Shown piece after piece: positions 28,185-40,107 of a stretch of 44,769 bases of DNA. The stretch covers positions 1-44,769 of the forward strand of contig JAHFDQ010000001.1 in NCBI GenBank assembly GCA_023248915.1, written 5' to 3'. The notes under the pieces were generated by a model. It did no database searches. It was not told the DNA's origin and saw only the letters and a list, made by a program, of their open reading frames with translations. Source of the DNA: Archangiaceae bacterium (GTDB taxonomy: Bacteria; Myxococcota; Myxococcia; Myxococcales; Myxococcaceae). Every line of letters starts with the position of its first letter. Position 1 is the stretch's first letter. Position numbers and translations under genes: made by a program.

Positions 28185-28903
28185 TGCCGCTCTTCCGCCT
28201 CGGCCCCGACCCGACGCTGTTCCCTCCGCCCGAGGCGGCGGACGAGGACGGCCTGCTCGCGGTGGGAGGCGACTTGACGCCCGAGCGCCTGCTGGCCGCG
28301 TACCGCCAGGGCATCTTCCCCTGGTACAGCGAGGGGCTTCCCATTCTCTGGCACAGCCCCAACCCGCGCTTCGCGCTCGAACCGCGGGCGTTGCACGTGC
28401 CGAAGAGCCTGCAGAAGCAACTGAAGCGGGGCTCGTTCGAGGTGCGCTACGACACCGCCTTCGAGAAAGTCATAGACGCCTGCGCCACCCGGCGGCGGCC
28501 CGGCCAGCGGGGCACCTGGATAACGAGGGACATGCGCGCTGCCTACGTCGAACTGCACCGGCTGGGCTACGCCCACTCGGCCGAGAGCTGGCGCGGCGAC
28601 ACCCTGGCTGGCGGGCTGTACGGCGTGTCGCTGGGCTCGGTCTTCTTCGGCGAGAGCATGTTCGCCCGCGCGCCGGACGCCTCGAAGGTGGCCTTCGCGA
28701 CCCTGGTTCAAGAGGTCGACCGGTGGGGCTTCACGCTCATCGACTGCCAGCAGGAAACGGCGCACCTGGCACGCTTCGGCGCCACGCCCTGGCGGCGGCT
28801 CGAGTTCCTCGACGCCCTCGAGGCGGGAATGAGCGCGCCGACCCGGCGGGGCCAGTGGACGAAGCCTTCGCCCGACCCCTCAGGCAGCCGGCCGGTGAGA
28901 TGA
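28184..28903 (+). CDS. aat: Leucyl/phenylalanyl-tRNA--protein transferase
   Basis: 239 aa with LLAAYRQGIFPWY, GTWITRDMRAAYVELHRLGYAHSAE and GGLYGVSLGSVFFGESMF. These are diagnostic L/F-transferase motifs. The GTG start overlaps the preceding TAG by 1 nt. Confidence 0.9.
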   Translation: MPLFRLGPDPTLFPPPEAADEDGLLAVGGDLTPERLLAAYRQGIFPWYSEGLPILWHSPNPRFALEPRALHVPKSLQKQLKRGSFEVRYDTAFEKVIDACATRRRPGQRGTWITRDMRAAYVELHRLGYAHSAESWRGDTLAGGLYGVSLGSVFFGESMFARAPDASKVAFATLVQEVDRWGFTLIDCQQETAHLARFGATPWRRLEFLDALEAGMSAPTRRGQWTKPSPDPSGSRPVR

Positions 28904-28960
28904 CCATCGACACTCCGGCGCGGAGGGTGTTTTCTTCGCCCGCTCGCGCGAAGGAGAACC

Positions 28961-31102
28961 ATGAACCCGCCCGCCCGCCGCACTCCGCTCACCCACGCTG
29001 TCGCCCTGGCCCTGGCCCTCGCCGCTTGCAGCCCCAAGGCGCCGAAGGCGGTCGTGCCTGACACGGCCGAGAATGCGGCGCCGCCGGCTCCGGTCGTGCT
29101 GCGCGACTTCGCGGCCTTGAAGCCCCTCGACGTCCCCGAACTGCAGACACAGTGGACCCCGGAGGAGATTCAGGCCGCCTGCGCCGAGGCCGAGAAGACG
29201 ACCGACGCCAAGCTGGCGGCGCTGGTGTCGATTCCGGACGCCAAGCGCACCTTCGACAATTCCTTCAACGCGTTCGAGCAGGCGGGCGCCGAGTACAGCA
29301 TGGCCGTTTCGCGCCTGTCCTTCCTGAAGGACATTCACCCCGACGCGCTGGTCCGGGCGGCGGCGGCGGCGTGTGAAGAGCGCGCGGGCAAGTACTCGGT
29401 GCAGTTGTCGGCCCGGAAGGACTTGTACCTCGCGATGAAGGGCTACCAGGCGCAGGCGGGGAAGACTGACACCCTCGACGCCGAGGACCAGCGGCTGGTG
29501 CTCTTCGCGATGCGTGACTTCCACCGCAACGGGTTGGACCTATCGGACGCCGACCGCGAGCAACTGGTGAAGGTGCGCTCGCGGCTGGCCGAGCTGCAGA
29601 CCAAGTTCGCGACCAACCTCGAAGAGAACAAGACCACGCTGAACGCCACCGACGAAGAGCTCTCGGGGATGTCGCCCGACTTCGTGGCCCGGCTAAAGCT
29701 CGACAAGCAGGGCAAGCGGGTGCTGACGACGTCCTACCCGGACTACTACCCGGTGATGGAGAACGACACCCACGGCGAGTTCCGCCGGCGCATGCAGGTG
29801 GCGTTCGACAACCGCGGCATGCCGGAAAACCTGGCCCTGGAGAACGAGGCCCTTCAGTTGCGCGACCGGGCCGCGAAGCTGCTCGGGTACCCCACCCACG
29901 CCGACTTCGTCACCGAGGTGACGATGGCCAAGAACGCCAAGACGGTGGCCGACTTCGAGGCGCACCTGCAGGCGGCGTTGAAGCCGAGGCTCTTGGCCGA
30001 CACCAAGAAGATGGAAGCCCTGAAGGCGAAGGACACCCACGGCAGGGACAAGAAGATTCGCGCCTGGGACTGGCGCTTCTACCTGAACCAGATCAAGAAG
30101 ACCGAGTACGCGCTCGACGACGAGGCGGTGCGCGCCTACTTCCCGGCCGACGTCGTGATGAACGGCATGTTCGAGGTGTACCAGCGCCTGTTCTCCATCG
30201 ACTTCAAGGAGGTTCAGGTCGCCGCGCCCTGGGCGGACGGCGTCGAGCTGTACGAAATCCACGACCGGCCGAGCGGGCGGCTCTTGGCGAAGTTCTACGT
30301 CGACCTCTACCCGCGCCCCGGCAAGTTCGGGCACGCGGCCTCGTTCGACGTCTCGCCGGCGCGGGCGACGCTCTCGGGCTACCAGATTCCGATGTCGGCG
30401 CTGGTGGTGAACTTCAACCCGCCCACCGGTGGCGAGGTGGCTCACCTGTCGGTGGACGAGGTGGACACGCTGTTCCACGAGTTCGGCCACATCATGCACA
30501 TGTCGCTCACCACCGCCCGCTACGCCACCCTGGCGGGTTCGAACGTCGCCCGCGACTTCGTCGAGGCGCCGTCGCAGATGCTCGAGAACTGGGTGTTCGA
30601 GCCGAGCGTGCTGAGGCTGATCAGCCGCGACCCGGCCGATCCGGCGAAGACGATGCCGGAAGAGATGATGAAGAAGGTGGTCGCGACGCGGACGTTCGAC
30701 AGCGGCGTGAAGTACTCGCGCCAGGTGTTCCTGGGTTCGTTCGACCAGTACATCCACACCCATGGCGACGCGGTCGACGCCGACAAAGAGGCCAAGCGGC
30801 TCTGGCTCGAGCTGCTCGGCTACCCGGAAGACCCGGCCCAGCACTTCGCCGCCGGCTTCGGCCACCCGATGGGCGGCTACGACGCCGGGTACTACGGGTA
30901 CCTGTGGAGCTTGGCCTTCGCTTCCGACATGTTCACCCGCTTCCAGAAGGAAGGCGTGTTGAGCCAGGCCACCGGGCGCGTCTACCGCGACGTCATCCTC
31001 GCCAAGGGCCGCACCGAAGACCCGGACCAGCTCTTGCGCCAGTTCCTCGGGCGCGAACCGAACGAAGAGGCATTCCTGAAGATGTCCGGCATCAAGCCTT
31101 GA
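28961..31102 (+). CDS. M3-family zinc metallopeptidase (oligopeptidase A / thimet / Dcp-like), lipoprotein
   Basis: 713 aa with an AAGGAG RBS 4 nt before the ATG. The lipobox is LALALAAC-S. The zinc site is TLFHEFGHIMH, with a downstream EAPSQMLENW. Confidence 0.9.
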   Translation: MNPPARRTPLTHAVALALALAACSPKAPKAVVPDTAENAAPPAPVVLRDFAALKPLDVPELQTQWTPEEIQAACAEAEKTTDAKLAALVSIPDAKRTFDNSFNAFEQAGAEYSMAVSRLSFLKDIHPDALVRAAAAACEERAGKYSVQLSARKDLYLAMKGYQAQAGKTDTLDAEDQRLVLFAMRDFHRNGLDLSDADREQLVKVRSRLAELQTKFATNLEENKTTLNATDEELSGMSPDFVARLKLDKQGKRVLTTSYPDYYPVMENDTHGEFRRRMQVAFDNRGMPENLALENEALQLRDRAAKLLGYPTHADFVTEVTMAKNAKTVADFEAHLQAALKPRLLADTKKMEALKAKDTHGRDKKIRAWDWRFYLNQIKKTEYALDDEAVRAYFPADVVMNGMFEVYQRLFSIDFKEVQVAAPWADGVELYEIHDRPSGRLLAKFYVDLYPRPGKFGHAASFDVSPARATLSGYQIPMSALVVNFNPPTGGEVAHLSVDEVDTLFHEFGHIMHMSLTTARYATLAGSNVARDFVEAPSQMLENWVFEPSVLRLISRDPADPAKTMPEEMMKKVVATRTFDSGVKYSRQVFLGSFDQYIHTHGDAVDADKEAKRLWLELLGYPEDPAQHFAAGFGHPMGGYDAGYYGYLWSLAFASDMFTRFQKEGVLSQATGRVYRDVILAKGRTEDPDQLLRQFLGREPNEEAFLKMSGIKP

Positions 31103-32486
31103 CGTTCTGGCCGGCGAAGGCGGCGTCGGCCTCGGCCAGCGCTTCCTGAAAACTGGCCACCAGGTCGGCCACCAGCGCCGGGTCGAGCACGCTGTCCTTG
31201 TAGTTGAAGTTGAAGCAGACCTCGGCGCCGTACCGCACCACGGTGGTGTTGGCCCCTTGCGGCGGCGTGCAGGGCGTCGTCACCCTCAGCCCGTCCACCT
31301 CGAACCCCTGGCCGCGCCACCGCCCGTCCGGGCCGGCGCCGGGGACTCCGAGCGGAATCAGGTTCGAGAACGAGTAGCAGGCGAAGAGGTTGCGCGTCTC
31401 GAACACCAGCCGGCGCATCGAGGCCACGCGCATCAGCCTCGCCGCGGCCACCTCGAACAGCAGCCGCTTGAAGGGAAGGCGCCTAGCGAGTTGACGGGCG
31501 CTTTGCCGGGCCAGCGCCGCGGCGAGCTCGACCAGCTTCGACGGCCGCGCCAGGTCGCACACGAGCTGAACCGAGCCCAGGTGGTTCGCGAACGACTCGA
31601 AGGTGCCGTCGCGCGGGCGCAGGTCCACCGGCATCAGCAGCCGGGTCCGGCCCGGGGCGGTGCCGTGGCGCAGGCTCCAGCGGGCGAGCGCGGTGGCCAG
31701 CGCCGCGGCGAGCACGTCGTTCGACGAAAGCCCCAGCCGCTTGCGGCCGTCGCGCCAACGCTCGAGGCGGTTGGCCGGCAGGACGAGGTGCTCGGTGCGA
31801 TTCTGCCCGGTGTAGTCGGCGCCGAGGTTGCAGCGCAGCGGCTGCATCGGCCGGAGCGCGTCCCTGAGTAGCCCGAGCAGCGACACCGCCGCGCCGACCG
31901 CGAAGGAAGCGGCTCGCGAGAGGCCGTGCTCGGGCACCACGTCGAGCTCGGGGCGGCGGGCGAAGGGGCCGGCGGGCGGGGGAGGGTCGGCGTCGCGCAC
32001 CGCGGCGTCGAGCAGCGCCACCAGGTCGCGGCAGAGGGCGAGGAAGGCCCTGCCGTCGGCGAGCGCGTGGTGCTGCTGAACGAAGAGCGTGCCTTCCGCG
32101 TCGGCGTGGCGCACCCAGGTGAGCGAGAGCGGATAGTCGGCGCCCAAGTCGATGAACCGGTCGAGGAGGCCCTGCTCGGCGGCCGCGCGCGCCTCGGCCG
32201 GAACCTGGCGGAGGTCGAGCACCTTCACCAGCCGGCCGACATCGGGGCGTTCATCGAGCTCCCACGCCAGGCGGCGCGCCGAATCGACGGTGCCGTCGAG
32301 GCCGACGGCCCGGGAGGCGACGACTGGGTAGCGTTCGGCCAGCCAACCCGCTGCACGGCGCAGCGCAGGCTCTGGCAGTTGGCCCTTCACCGACAGGCGC
32401 CAGGTGGGTGCGAACGAGGCCCAAGGCGCATAGGTGCCGGCGAGGCACGCCTTGTCGAGGTAATCGAAGGGCAACCGGCGCGGCAT
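31092..32486 (-). CDS. Condensation-domain / WS-DGAT-like acyltransferase (HHxxxDG)
   Basis: I chose the internal ATG at 32486 (MPRRLPFDYLDK...); the ORF-track extension to 32891 is Arg-rich nonsense. The active-site-like motif is QQHHALADGRAF. At 464 aa it is the typical size for this superfamily. The substrate is unknown. Confidence 0.55.
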   Translation of the reverse strand: MPRRLPFDYLDKACLAGTYAPWASFAPTWRLSVKGQLPEPALRRAAGWLAERYPVVASRAVGLDGTVDSARRLAWELDERPDVGRLVKVLDLRQVPAEARAAAEQGLLDRFIDLGADYPLSLTWVRHADAEGTLFVQQHHALADGRAFLALCRDLVALLDAAVRDADPPPPAGPFARRPELDVVPEHGLSRAASFAVGAAVSLLGLLRDALRPMQPLRCNLGADYTGQNRTEHLVLPANRLERWRDGRKRLGLSSNDVLAAALATALARWSLRHGTAPGRTRLLMPVDLRPRDGTFESFANHLGSVQLVCDLARPSKLVELAAALARQSARQLARRLPFKRLLFEVAAARLMRVASMRRLVFETRNLFACYSFSNLIPLGVPGAGPDGRWRGQGFEVDGLRVTTPCTPPQGANTTVVRYGAEVCFNFNYKDSVLDPALVADLVASFQEALAEADAAFAGQNVKA

Positions 32487-32570
32487 CGGCGACCCGTAGC
32501 ACGGCGGAGGCCCCGGTGGTGCGCCGAGAGAGCGGCCGCACGGCCACTTCAAGTAGACTCGCTCGCATCG

Positions 32571-34431
32571 ATGAATCGACTGCGCTCGGCGATGGCCGCG
32601 TTGGGCTTGGCGGCGGTCACCCTGGTGGCGGGTCTCGCGCTCGCCTCGGCGGACGACTTCGGGCTCGGAGACGGCCACTCGGGGGCGCTGCGGGTCGACG
32701 CCGGCGCGACCGTGGTGCTGAACGCTTACGCGCTGCTCACGGCGGACGCCGGGCTCGACGCGTCGACGGTGCTCACCGCGCCCGCTGGCACGCTGAAGGC
32801 GGGCGACCTCGCGCTCTTGTACCCCGACGCTGGTCGGCCGCTTCGAGCTCGCGCGCGTCGGGTCGGTCGACGCCGGCACCGTCTTCTTCACCGGCGGACT
32901 GACCCAGGCTTTCCCCGCCAGCAGGACTCAAATCGTGCGGGTGCTCGAATTCACCTCGGTCACCATCGCCGACGGTGGGACGGTGAAGGCGGGAGCCTGG
33001 GACGGCGGAACCGGCGGGGTGGTGGCCTTCTTGGCCACAGGAGTCGTCGCCAACGACGGCGTCATTACCGCGACCGGAGCGGGTTTCCGGGGAGGCACCT
33101 ACTCCAACCCCGGGTGCGTCGGCCCGCTGAATTCGGCCCTCGACGGTGCTCCGAATGCCGCCAAGGGCGAGGGCATCGTCTCGGGCAGGTACGGCCCGAC
33201 CTTCATCGGGCTTGGAAACGTCGTCAACGGCGCTGGCGGGGGCAACACCTGCAATGGCGGTGGCGGCGGAGGGTCCAACGCTGGGCAAGGCGGTCTCGGG
33301 GGATGGTGGGCTCAAAGTCCCGGCGGGGGCGGTGGCATGGGTGGCTCGGCGCTCGTGTACGTGCCCTGGACGCGGCTGACGATGGGAGGAGGCGGGGGCG
33401 CTGGGCACGGCAACGACTCTGCGGCGGGCGTCGGCGGTAGAGGCGGGGGAATCGTCTTCGTCCGAGCGGCAGCCCTGACTGGAGCGGGCAGCGTCTCTGC
33501 CGACGGTCTGAACGGCGCGGATGCCGGCGGCATACTGGGGGCCAATAGCGACGCCGCCGGTGGAGGTGGTGCCGGCGGGACGCTGTACCTGCGCTTCTCG
33601 AGCTCCGCCGCGTGCGGGGCAATGACGGTGAACGGCGGCCGCGGCGGCAGCACTCCGGAGCTCACGGCAACGGGAGGACCCTGCGGGCCTGGGGGCGGTG
33701 GCGCGGGCGGCAACCTCTTCGTGCAGGCCGACGACGTGTCGTCTTGCCCGTCCCAAGCCCTCGCCGGGTTGGCCGGCACCCAACCCGACGGCACCTGGAA
33801 TCAGTACTTCGGTGCCGGCCCCGACGCCGGAGCAAATGGTCTCTACGCTGGGCTCGTGACCGTGACGACGCCCGGGTTCGACGCGGGACTTCCGGACGCG
33901 GGGCCTCCTGATGCCGGTCCGCCCGACGCGGGGCCGACCGACGCAGGGGCTCTGGATGCCGGCACACCCGACGCGGGCCCCCCGGATGCCGGTCCGCCCG
34001 ACGCGGGTGCTCCGGACGCTGGTCCGAGTGACGCCGGCCCCGTGGACGGCGGTCCTCCCGATGCTGGCCAAGCCGACGGCGGGCTCCCCGATTCCGGCGC
34101 GTTGGACGGCGGTGCGACAGACGCCGGCGCCAGCGACGCGGGGGCACTCGACGCCGGAACCGGCGACGCGGGCGAGCCGGACGCCGGGCAACCCGACGCC
34201 GGCAACTCCGATGATGCCGGAAGCGGGCAGAACCCGCCTGCCGACGCGGGAGCCGCAGCCCCCACCGAGCTCCATGTGGGCTGCGGGTGCGGCACACAGT
34301 CGGCCAGCACCTGGGGATGGGCCGCCTTGCTGCTCTTTGCCACTCTGCTTCGGCTTCCCTACCCTCGTTTGGCCCGCTCAAGGAACGCCAGCGCCACCCG
34401 CAGCACCCGTTCCTGGAGCGGCGAAGGGTAG
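32571..34431 (+). pseudogene. Glycine-rich beta-helix surface protein with a PDAG linker and a MYXO-CTERM-like tail, interrupted by a +1 frame change near 32797-32835 (pseudogene or sequencing error)
   Basis: The signal peptide and N-terminus (MNRLRSAMAALGLAAVTLVAGLALASADDFGLGDGHSG...GTLKAGDLALL) lie in the phase of nt 32571. The plausible continuation (VGRFELARVGSVDAGTVFFTGGLTQAF...QIVRVLEFTSVTIADGGTVKAGAWDGGTGGVVAF...) lies in the +1 phase, which is open from 32797 to 34431. The original phase decays into Arg-rich sequence until 33440. Confidence 0.55.
33880..34203 (+). repeat. About 21 tandem pentapeptide (15-nt) repeats D-[AGS]-G-x-x (PDAGP type)
   Basis: The translated stretch reads DAGLPDAGPPDAGPPDAGPTDAGALDAGTPDAGPPDAGPPDAGAPDAGPSDAGPVDGGPPDAGQADGGLPDSGALDGGATDAGASDAGALDAGTGDAGEPDAGQPDAG. 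Codons differ between units (gac/gat, gcg/gcc/gct/gca). Confidence 0.85.
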
Positions 34432-35579
34432 ATGTCAAAGGCGTGGCCGGCGGAAGGCACCTCGAGCAGGTGCACGTCGCGCGCGCCCAGCCCACGGAGC
34501 CTCTCGATGAACCTCCGCGACATGTCCGCGGGCACCATCGTGTCGGCGGTGCCCTGCACCACCAGCGTCGGCGGAGTCGAAGTCACTCGGCACGAGCTCG
34601 GGTCGAGCGACTGGTAGAGCAGCCGGCTTTCCTCGAGCGGCCGTCGCACCACGCCGTGCCTGAGCAGGACGGACAGCAAGCGGTGGTCGCGGCGCTCGAA
34701 GGGACCGATGAGGTCGGTCACGCCGTACGAGACGAACGCGGCCTGCACCCGGGTGTCGGCCGCCTCGAAGCCCGGCTGGAAGTGCGGCTCGCCGGCGGTC
34801 AGTGCGGTGAGCGCGGCCAGGTGGCCGCCGGCCGATTCGCCGTAGACGGCCACCGTCTCGGCGCTCGCGCCGAATTCCGCCGCGTGTGTGCGAATCCATG
34901 CAATGGCCGCCTTGCAGTCGATGACCGCCGCCGGAAGGGGGTGACGCGGCGGGCGCCGGTACGAGATGGCGAAGACGGTCCAACCCGCGGCGGCGATGCG
35001 GGTGAGCATGAAGCGGTTGATTCGCCGGTGGCCGAAGACCCAGGCTCCGCCGTGCACGTAGAGCAGCGACGGGTGGCCAGTGCCCTGGCGCGGGCGGTAG
35101 ACGTCGACCAGCAGCCGTTGTCCGTCCACCTCGCGCCAGAGCAGGTCGCGGGTGACCTGAACGTGCTCGCGGTCGCGGGCGCGCAACAGCAGCAGGGACA
35201 CCCAGGCCCCCCGGGCGCGAAAAGGGACGACCGGGCTCTCCAGCCCGAACGGCGGCAAGTCGTCCGAAACCGTCCGGCCGTCGAGCAACGGCAGCGTCCG
35301 GTGCACGCGGGCCAGGTGCTGCGCCAGCGCCACCCAGCAGACGATGTGGATTCCGAGGCCGGCGACGCCCGCGGGGTGTCCGAGCGCGCCGAGCCACCCG
35401 GCAACGGCAGTCACCGCGACGCCGACCAGCAACGACTGCGGAGTGAAGTCCGAGAGGACTATCAGCGGCCCGCCGAGAATGGCCCCGAGCGTCGTCCCGT
35501 AGGCCCGGTAGAAGGCGAGCTGTACGGTGAGGCCGAGAAGGCCGAGGGACAGGGCCAGGTAGACGGCCGCGGCAATCAC
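34359..35579 (-). CDS. Membrane-anchored alpha/beta-hydrolase (HSL/esterase-lipase fold-3 type)
   Basis: 406 aa with about three N-terminal TM helices. The oxyanion motif is HGGAWVFG and the nucleophile elbow is GESAGGH, with a C-terminal G..D...V and a His region. GTG start. The 3' end overlaps the convergent gene by 73 nt. Confidence 0.8.
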   Translation of the reverse strand: MIAAAVYLALSLGLLGLTVQLAFYRAYGTTLGAILGGPLIVLSDFTPQSLLVGVAVTAVAGWLGALGHPAGVAGLGIHIVCWVALAQHLARVHRTLPLLDGRTVSDDLPPFGLESPVVPFRARGAWVSLLLLRARDREHVQVTRDLLWREVDGQRLLVDVYRPRQGTGHPSLLYVHGGAWVFGHRRINRFMLTRIAAAGWTVFAISYRRPPRHPLPAAVIDCKAAIAWIRTHAAEFGASAETVAVYGESAGGHLAALTALTAGEPHFQPGFEAADTRVQAAFVSYGVTDLIGPFERRDHRLLSVLLRHGVVRRPLEESRLLYQSLDPSSCRVTSTPPTLVVQGTADTMVPADMSRRFIERLRGLGARDVHLLEVPSAGHAFDIYPSPLQERVLRVALAFLERAKRG

Positions 35580-35601
35580 GGCGCCACTGTGTCACACCTT
35601 G

Positions 35602-36168
35602 CTAGCTTGGCAGGTGCTGCTTCACCAGCTCGTCCCAGGTGTGAACTCGCGCGTCATCAGGCCCGAGCATGTCGACGACAGACCGGCGGACATAGGCGTG
35701 GTCCAAAGTCCTTCCAGCGGTGCCGACCAGTCGTTCCAGGTCCGAGACGTCCTTCCCCCGAAAGAAGAGCAACTTGAAGACCGCCAACGCCTCGGCCGAA
35801 AGAAACCAGGCATCCCTCCCGCGGAAGGTGAGGCGGCAGCGGGTCTTCAACGCCTCCCACGAGAAGGGAATGCTGGGCGTGAAGAAGTCGATGCGGACGA
35901 TTCCGGCCCAGACGACGAACAGGCCTTCCTTCTCGGCGTCCCGGCGCGCGGCGACGTCGTCGACGGCGACGCCCATCTCGCGAACGACCGCAAGAACGCC
36001 CGCCAGGTCGTCAGGCTCGACGAACACGTTCATGTCTACGTCGAGCGTGGCGCGCGGCACCGAATACATTCCGTAGGCCAGCGCGCCGCCAATGGCGTAC
36101 GGAATGTTCGCGCGCTCGAAGCGCTCGGCGAGCGCAAGCGCGACGTCGCCTGCGTCCGTCTCGCTCAA
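35602..36168 (-). CDS. Nucleotidyltransferase-fold protein (minimal NTase signature)
   Basis: 188 aa. IPYAIGGALAYGMYSVPRATLDVDMNVFV fits the G[GS]-x(9-13)-D-x-D pattern of pol-beta-type NTases. The TTG start overlaps the upstream stop (TTGA). Confidence 0.5.
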   Translation of the reverse strand: MSETDAGDVALALAERFERANIPYAIGGALAYGMYSVPRATLDVDMNVFVEPDDLAGVLAVVREMGVAVDDVAARRDAEKEGLFVVWAGIVRIDFFTPSIPFSWEALKTRCRLTFRGRDAWFLSAEALAVFKLLFFRGKDVSDLERLVGTAGRTLDHAYVRRSVVDMLGPDDARVHTWDELVKQHLPS

Positions 36169-36416
36169 CGCTGCTTCCTCTCACGCTCGACCGCGCGAAG
36201 CGCCGCCAGCTTGCGGACGCTGTCTTCCGGGAGTGGGTCACGCCAGGCCAGCACCCGCTCTCGATTCGAGTTCGACGCGAGCTGGTCCATCGCGAGGCGG
36301 CACAGGGTAGAGAGGACTTCGCCGCGCTCGAGGCCCGACATGCTCCGGTACCTGCTCACTTCTCGGCGAACCGACTCGCGGTTGCTTACCACCCACCCGG
36401 GCATTTCGAACGACAT
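36165..36416 (-). CDS. Small hypothetical protein coupled to the NTase-fold gene
   Basis: 83 aa with an ATG start and a 4-nt overlap onto the downstream gene. It is helical and charged. I recognise no motif. Confidence 0.45.
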   Translation of the reverse strand: MSFEMPGWVVSNRESVRREVSRYRSMSGLERGEVLSTLCRLAMDQLASNSNRERVLAWRDPLPEDSVRKLAALRAVERERKQR

Positions 36417-36497
36417 GAACGCATTCTAGGTCCGCCCAGCCCCCGGAGTAAGAAGGCGGCACTCAGCGAGCCCCCAATCCTCCTGGTCAGCGCTCGA

Positions 36498-38704
<2,207 letters not shown>

Positions 38705-38708
<4 letters not shown>

Positions 38709-39448
38709 GGCGTTTCCCTCATCGAAGACTGGGTGCCGGCGTCGGCCGGAGGCTCTTCGGCCGCCTCGAGCTGGTCGTCGAGCGCGACCCGACCAACCGA
38801 ACGGCGGAACACTTCCCAGAGCGCCTTCCGGTGCTCGGCCGCAGAGACTCTTCCCCCGAGCTCGAGCCCGGCCCCGAGGTACCGGCTGTTGAGCCGCTTC
38901 AGGCCGACCCCGGCCAGGCCCGCCTGCAGCGAGAGGAGCTGCCCCTGCAGCGCCGACATGGCGAAGGTGAGGTCGAGCTCGCGCGCGAGGAAGGCGTCGG
39001 TCTCGAGGACCGCCAGCAGCGCCTGCCGGCACCGTTCGTCGCCGATGCTGCCGGCCAACTGCGCCTCGCCAGCGCCGGCCTTGGCCTCGAGCCCGGGGCA
39101 GGCCTTTCGCGCCGAGGCCATGGCGGCCTCGCCCGCCACGGGCTTCGGCTTCTCGCCCTTCGCGGCGACCCGCAGCCGCCACACCACGAACTGCCCCTCG
39201 GCGTGCAGGAGCGCCAAAGTGCGGCCGGGGGCAACGCCCGAGAGCAACAGCTCGCCGCTCTCCAGCACCTCGGCGGTCGCCACCTTCGGGTCTTCCACCT
39301 CGACCCAGTCGAGCGTGCCTGGCCGGGCGAAGCGCTCGGCCCCCGCCACCACGTCGAAGGCGGCGTCCACCGGCCACGCCAGCGCCGGCCCGGGCGCGCC
39401 GAGGGCTGCCGCCGCCACCAACCCCGAGGAGAGAACCCGCGCGCCCAT
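38705..39448 (-). CDS. Secreted hypothetical protein inserted between purQ and purL, with a possible pilus-formation/secretin-N-like beta domain
   Basis: 247 aa. The signal peptide is [24 protein letters not shown]. The segment [36 protein letters not shown] resembles the CpaC/T2SS-T3SS 'pilus N' pattern. The stop overlaps the purL ATG (ATGA). Confidence 0.55.
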
Positions 39449-39453
39449 CGGCC

Positions 39454-40107
39454 CTAGCCCGCGAGCGCTTCGAAGACGCGCCGCCCGTCCTGGCCGCCCA
39501 GCACCCGCTCGGCGGCGCGTTCGGGGTGCGGCATCATACCGAGCACGTTCTTGCCCTCGTTGACGATGCCGGCGATGCCGTTCCGCGCGCCGTTCGGGTT
39601 TTGAGCGTAGCGAAACACCACCCTGCCCTCGCCCTCGAGCCGCGCCAGCCCCTCGTTGTCGACGAAGTAGTTCCCTTCGGCGTGGGCGATGGGCATGCGC
39701 ACCGCCTGCCCCCGGCGGTACCCCAGGGTGAAGGGCGTGCCGGAAGTCTCGACCACCAGGTCGACGTCGCGGCAGATGAACTTGCGCGACTCGTTCTGGC
39801 GCAGCGCCCCGGGCAACAGCCCCGCCTCGGTCAGAATCTGGAAGCCGTTGCAGATGCCCAGCACCCGGCCGCCCCGCTTGGCAAAGGCCGCCACCTCTTC
39901 CATCACCGGCGAGAAGCGGGCGATGGCGCCGCAGCGCAGGTAGTCGCCGTAAGAAAAGCCCCCCGGCAGCACCACCACGTCGGCGCCCTTCAGGTCGCGG
40001 TCCTTGTGCCAGAGGAACACCGCGTCGGCGCCGATGACGTGCTTGGCGACGTGGTAGGCGTCGTGGTCGCAGTTCGACCCGGGGAAGACGACGATGCCGA
40101 ACTTCAT
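39454..40107 (-). CDS. purQ: Phosphoribosylformylglycinamidine synthase glutaminase subunit PurQ
   Basis: The ATG at 40107 gives [16 protein letters not shown]...[12 protein letters not shown]...GICNGFQIL...MMPHPER. The catalytic Cys and His motifs are present. 217 aa. Confidence 0.95.
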   Translation of the reverse strand: MKFGIVVFPGSNCDHDAYHVAKHVIGADAVFLWHKDRDLKGADVVVLPGGFSYGDYLRCGAIARFSPVMEEVAAFAKRGGRVLGICNGFQILTEAGLLPGALRQNESRKFICRDVDLVVETSGTPFTLGYRRGQAVRMPIAHAEGNYFVDNEGLARLEGEGRVVFRYAQNPNGARNGIAGIVNEGKNVLGMMPHPERAAERVLGGQDGRRVFEALAG

